Source: a candidate division FCPU426 bacterium (GTDB lineage: Bacteria > Oederibacteriota > PGYV01 > Palsa-1178). From it: a stretch of DNA of 64,000 nt. This document shows, piece by piece, positions 59,874 to 64,000 of this stretch; position 1 is the stretch's first letter; every line of letters begins with the position of its first letter. Below the pieces are notes generated by a model that saw nothing but the letters and a program-made list of their open reading frames with translations, ran no database searches and had not been told where the DNA came from. The position numbers and the translations under genes were made by a program. Location: the NCBI GenBank assembly GCA_963840035.1, contig CAWIXE010000002.1, forward strand, positions 160,001 through 224,000, read 5' to 3'.

Positions 59874-59923
59874 TTGCATTTTCACAATGAAAATGGTACT
59901 ATTATTTTAGTTTAGCGCTAAAC
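59874..59923 (+). promoter_or_regulatory. Sigma70 promoter plus operator GTTTAGCGCTAAAC upstream of lacI 60214
   Basis: TTGCAT (59874)-17-TACTAT (59897); palindrome at 59910-59923. Confidence 0.8.
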
Positions 59924-59997
59924 CAAATTAGGCATGTTTAACGTTAAGAGTTGAAAGTTTAGGGTTATAGACATTGTTAAGAAGATGTGTTTACAGT

Positions 59998-60114
59998 TTG
60001 TCATTGCGAGGAGCCGCAGTTGGCCTATGGCGACGAAGCAATCTCGTTTTCTCCTTCTGGAACAGCGAGATTGCTTCGTCGGCAAGTAACAAAAACGCCT
60101 CCTCGCAATGACAA
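59998..60114. repeat. GTCATTGCGAG...GCAATCTC / GAGATTGC...CTCGCAATGAC palindromic element (RPE-like)
   Basis: Outer IR TTGTCATTGCGAGGAG/CTCCTCGCAATGACAA; inner IR CGACGAAGCAATCTCG/CGAGATTGCTTCGTCG. Confidence 0.88.
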
Positions 60115-60213
60115 GCATAAGACTATAAACAGAACATGTTAACATTAAAGGTTATAGACAGGAATGTATCTGCTGTAACCATAAATTTTAAACTGTATTA
60201 AAGGAGGCCGTTC

Positions 60214-61221
60214 ATGAGCATCACGATTAAAGACGTCGCAAAGGCCGCGGGAGTTTCTCATACGACTGTTTCCATGGTCATACATAATGACAAAAGAATA
60301 ACCGCCGACACAAAAAAGAAAGTACAGGCTGCCATAGAAGACCTGAAATACCACCCGAATTATCTGGCCCGCGGGCTGGTGCAGGGCAAGTCAAATAACA
60401 TAGCGATTATGGCTACTTTTTTTTCCTCGTTTTTTGAGATGAATTTTTTGAAAGGAATAGAACAGCAAATCGGGGATTCCGAGTACCAGATAAATGAGTA
60501 TTCCACCAGGGGCAAGCCCGGGGTAAAGAAACATATCATGGAGCAGATATTATACGGGAAGAGGGCTGACGCGCTCATATCTCTTTCAATAAAGCCGGAT
60601 AAGGAAACGCTGGAAGAGTTCAAAAACAACGGTATTCCCGTGATTTTAATAGAGGAAGAAATGAAGGGCGCCCATTCGCTTAAGACGGATAATTACAAAG
60701 GCGGCTTCATGGCCACGGAGTACCTCCTCCAGAAATCGAGAAAAAAGATCGGCATTATAGTGGGCCAGATAAAAGGCGAAGAAGTCGGGACCAGCCCGGA
60801 AGACCGGTTCAAAGGTTATAAAAAGGCCCTTGATGAATTCAATGTCCCGTTTGACCCGAATCTTGTGTATGAAGTAAAGGATTTTGATTTTAAGGACGGA
60901 AAAGAAGGGCTCAAAAAATTCCTTTCGTCCGTAAAAAAACTTGACGCTGTTTTTTGCGCTGCCGGTGACTTTACCGCGATGGGCGTGCTGGAAGAGGCCC
61001 GAAAAATGGGCATTAAGATACCCCAGGACCTGGCGGTAGTCGGATATGATGACCTTGAAATGTCCGCTGTGGTAAACCCGCCGCTGACAACGATAAAGCA
61101 GTCAATAACCGAGATCGGGGCTGAAGCCTTTAAGATAGCGGTAGCTGCAGTTGAAGGCAAATTAAAGGAAACTAAGCACATTGTTTTGCAGCCGGAACTG
61201 GTTGTACGGGAAAGTGCGTAA
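60214..61221 (+). CDS. LacI-family transcriptional regulator
   Basis: TIKDVAKAAGVSHTTVSMVI, YHPNYLARGL, VGYDD, PPLTTI. Confidence 0.95.
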   Translation: MSITIKDVAKAAGVSHTTVSMVIHNDKRITADTKKKVQAAIEDLKYHPNYLARGLVQGKSNNIAIMATFFSSFFEMNFLKGIEQQIGDSEYQINEYSTRGKPGVKKHIMEQILYGKRADALISLSIKPDKETLEEFKNNGIPVILIEEEMKGAHSLKTDNYKGGFMATEYLLQKSRKKIGIIVGQIKGEEVGTSPEDRFKGYKKALDEFNVPFDPNLVYEVKDFDFKDGKEGLKKFLSSVKKLDAVFCAAGDFTAMGVLEEARKMGIKIPQDLAVVGYDDLEMSAVVNPPLTTIKQSITEIGAEAFKIAVAAVEGKLKETKHIVLQPELVVRESA

Positions 61222-61407
61222 ATATAATTACTAATTACCAATTACTAATGACTAATATAAGGCGTTAAAACCGACCCGAAATCCGCAATAGTCTAATGTG
61301 CAATTATTTCAATACTGTGACCTGCCTCACTGCTAAAAAACCCGACCCGGAGTACTATTTAACTGAGAAGACAGCAAGACAGAAACAGCCGGTTTGAAGT
61401 CACGGGG

Positions 61408-61797
61408 GTGATTGAAATGCTCGGCGTAGGACATGAAATGGTAGTCAAAGCAAAGGCGTATTACCTTATAATAAGGGTAATAAATGAAGACGGCGAATTT
61501 ATCAGGACCGTTGCCGACACTAAGGTGGATTCATTCGCGGTATCTGTGGACCTGCCTGACGGCATGCAGATTGAAAGCCCGGGTATTGTGCCCATATACA
61601 TTCCGGGTGTTGAGGCTATATGGACTGAAGGGGAACATGAAACCACATTTATATGGGACGGCAAGGATGAAAAAGGGTCCGCTGTGAAACCGGGCATATA
61701 TTATATAGAGGTTGACCAGCACGATAACGGCAAGCGCAAAAACCGGATTACCAAAGTGGTAAAGGTTTTATCAAACCTGCTGAAAAAGGCTGGCTGA
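61408..61797 (+). CDS. Stand-alone FlgD-Ig-like domain protein
   Basis: IRVINEDGEFIRT ... WDGKDEKGSAVKPGIYYIEV; no signal peptide; start uncertain. Confidence 0.7.
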   Translation: MIEMLGVGHEMVVKAKAYYLIIRVINEDGEFIRTVADTKVDSFAVSVDLPDGMQIESPGIVPIYIPGVEAIWTEGEHETTFIWDGKDEKGSAVKPGIYYIEVDQHDNGKRKNRITKVVKVLSNLLKKAG

Positions 61798-61882
61798 TAA
61801 GGGTTTGTAATAATAATTTCATCCGCGGAACTTCCATCCTGTATAAAACGTCTAACATTATATAAACTGAAAGTTAAAACAC

Positions 61883-61923
61883 TTGACAAGTTGTTTTTTT
61901 GTGATATAGTTAGGTTGTCTAAC
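61883..61923 (+). promoter_or_regulatory. Promoter plus GTTAG-N5-CTAAC palindrome upstream of the efflux operon
   Basis: TTGACA 61883; TG-n-TATAGT 61905; palindrome at 61909-61923. Confidence 0.6.
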
Positions 61924-61958
61924 AATTAGGAAAATTAAGTATAACAAGGCGGTCCGAA

Positions 61959-63230
61959 ATGAAAAAAAGAAGGGCAGTAATCGCGCTGATATGCGCGCTC
62001 GCGCCCGGGATGCTTTTTGCGTCCGGGTTGTCATGGAAGGATTGCGCGGCTGAAGCCATGGCTTTTGGCCCTGAAATCACATCGGCAAGGGAGTCTTTAA
62101 ACCAGGCAAGGGCGAACAACTGGTCGCCTGTATCCGCGGCTCTGCCGCAGGTTTCAGCGTCGGCATCCGGCTCAAAAAGCGGGAGTGAACCACTGGCCGG
62201 GCCTTATACAAAGTCAGATGGATATTCTTACAGCATACGCGCAAGCCAGGTGATATTTGACGGATTTGACAATACCCAGCAGATATTGAAAGCCGGGGAA
62301 CAGGTAAGGGCAGCGGAGCTTTCCTATAAGATATCATCGGCGCTAATAAGGTATAACCTCAGGCAGTCGTATGTAAACCTTATCAAAGCTGAAAAGATGG
62401 CGGAGCTTACAGGGCAGATATCCGCCATAAGGAAAAAACAGTATGATAATGTAAACTTAAGGTATTCGGCAGGCAGGGAAAATAAAGGCGCCGTATTGAG
62501 CGCGGAAGCTGATATGATGCAGGCTGAATTTGAGGCGGGTCAGGCAAAAAGGAACCTTGAAACGGCGCAGATGGACCTTAGCGCGAGGCTCGGCCGCGGA
62601 TTTGGCGCGGATATAAACCCCGCTGAGACGCTCGACATTCCTGAGGCCCCGGCTGACGAACCTGATTACAAAGCGCTGACGGATTCCGATCTTTCGCTCC
62701 AGATTGCCATAGCGCAGTCTAAGTCCGCGGGTTATGACGCGGGGTCCGCGATAGGAGCCATGCTGCCATCGGCGTCAGTAAGCGCCAGCGCGGGACGGTC
62801 AGGCGATAAGATAGTGCCGGATAACACCCAGTGGTCGCTGGGCCTGAATATTTCAGTGTCGCTTTTTGACGGCGGCAGGTCTGTGGCTCAGCTGGCAGCT
62901 GCAGCAGCCGCGTTAAACCGCGCCAAAGCCGATGAGAAATCCGCGGCGTTTGATACGGTTATCAGCTTAAAGCGCGCGTGGAACACCTATAAGGATTCGT
63001 TTTTAAGCCTGAACGTGCAGAAAAAATACCTGGACGCCACCACGGAGAGGGCGAAAATCGCGGACGCGCAGTATTTAACCGGACTCATCGACTACAATAA
63101 CTGGACCATAATACAAAACAGCCTCGTCTCCTCGCAGAAGTCATATGTGGCGGCGCAGGCAAACTTACTCATATCGGAAGCAGCCTGGATACAGGCAAAA
63201 GGAGGAACACTTGAAGACGAAACCAAATAA
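61959..63230 (+). CDS. TolC-family outer-membrane efflux protein
   Basis: Signal peptide; duplicated OEP repeats (LPQVS..IFDG..RYSAG; LPSAS..LFDGG..YLTG). Confidence 0.9.
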   Translation: MKKRRAVIALICALAPGMLFASGLSWKDCAAEAMAFGPEITSARESLNQARANNWSPVSAALPQVSASASGSKSGSEPLAGPYTKSDGYSYSIRASQVIFDGFDNTQQILKAGEQVRAAELSYKISSALIRYNLRQSYVNLIKAEKMAELTGQISAIRKKQYDNVNLRYSAGRENKGAVLSAEADMMQAEFEAGQAKRNLETAQMDLSARLGRGFGADINPAETLDIPEAPADEPDYKALTDSDLSLQIAIAQSKSAGYDAGSAIGAMLPSASVSASAGRSGDKIVPDNTQWSLGLNISVSLFDGGRSVAQLAAAAAALNRAKADEKSAAFDTVISLKRAWNTYKDSFLSLNVQKKYLDATTERAKIADAQYLTGLIDYNNWTIIQNSLVSSQKSYVAAQANLLISEAAWIQAKGGTLEDETK

Positions 63231-64000
63231 ACATATTATCCTGTGGGCCGTTGTCATTATCGCGGCCGCGGCCATACTGTTCTTTATTTTTCAGCCGAAA
63301 AAAGCCGCGGTAATAACAGCGGAGTACCAGGCAAAGACCGGCTCCATAAAAGTTTCGGTTTCCACCACCGGGACGGTCATGCCGCAGAACAGGCTTGAGA
63401 TCAAGCCCGCGCTTTCCGGCAGGATGGAGTCCATACTTGTCGTGGAAGGGCAAAAAGTAAGGAGGGGGCAGACGCTCGCGTATATGAGTTCTTCCGACAG
63501 GGCCGCGCTGCTGGATGCCGCGCGCGCGCAGGGGGAGAAGAGCCTGAAGGAATGGGAGGACATATATAAACCCATACCATTTGTGGCGCCGATAAACGGA
63601 GAGGTCATAGTCAGGGCAGTGGAACCGGGGCAGACAGTATCGCCGGCAGACGCGGTTATAGTTCTTTCGGACAGGCTCATAATCCAGGCGCAGGTTGATG
63701 AAACGGATATCGGAAAGGTAAAAGTGGGGCAGGAAGCGTCGCTTACGCTTGACGCGTATCCGGACCAGCCCATAAACGGAAAGGTTGACCATATATATTA
63801 TGAATCAAAGACGGTGAATAATGTGACCATGTATTATGTGGACATACTGCCGGATAAGGTGCCGGATTTTTTCAGGTCAGGCATGAGCGCGAACATTGAG
63901 ATAGTCCAGCAGAAAAGGGACGGCGTTGTGCTTCTGCCTTCCGACGCCATAAAGAAATACGGGGACAAGAATATTGTTTTGTTAAAAGCCGAAAAGAACG
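63211..64000 (+). CDS. Efflux periplasmic adaptor subunit (MacA-like), truncated by window end
   Basis: GGAGG RBS before TTG 63211; N-terminal TM; TGTVMPQNRLEIKP..SGR, APINGEV, VDETDIGKVKVGQ..DAYPD, FRSGMSAN. Not in the ORF track because it has no stop in the window. Confidence 0.9.
   Translation, partial: MKTKPNKHIILWAVVIIAAAAILFFIFQPKKAAVITAEYQAKTGSIKVSVSTTGTVMPQNRLEIKPALSGRMESILVVEGQKVRRGQTLAYMSSSDRAALLDAARAQGEKSLKEWEDIYKPIPFVAPINGEVIVRAVEPGQTVSPADAVIVLSDRLIIQAQVDETDIGKVKVGQEASLTLDAYPDQPINGKVDHIYYESKTVNNVTMYYVDILPDKVPDFFRSGMSANIEIVQQKRDGVVLLPSDAIKKYGDKNIVLLKAEKN

Overview
Bacterial chromosomal window; nearly all genes are on the + strand. It opens with the 3' end of an rRNA operon (23S, 5S), followed by a GTAG-type REP cluster with a broken REP-associated (Y1/HUH) transposase. 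About 25 kb of mixed housekeeping and accessory genes follow, including two IS30 elements. From about 28.9 to 61.8 kb lies a polysaccharide (cellulose/beta-glucan) degradation island: four GH9, two GH5, one secreted GH116, an alginate-lyase-like lipoprotein, two outer-membrane beta-barrels, three complete LacI regulators and one HTH-less LacI-type protein. Six of the hydrolases share the architecture signal peptide - catalytic domain - (CBM or malectin in five of six) - long Thr-X linker - conserved 'YPNP...G.Y.Y' C-terminal domain resembling a T9SS type-A sorting signal. The window ends in a TolC/MacA-type efflux operon. A striking non-coding layer is present: at least four unrelated classes of dispersed palindromic elements, including many 7-bp-periodic tandem arrays arranged as inverted arms. 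One such pair encloses a four-helix-bundle (PF05635/Avd-like) gene, several are empty, and two are inserted in frame inside ygiQ. Gene content suggests a diderm cellulolytic lineage such as Ca. Goldbacteria; this is inference only. All family assignments come from motif recognition by eye, with no database search.
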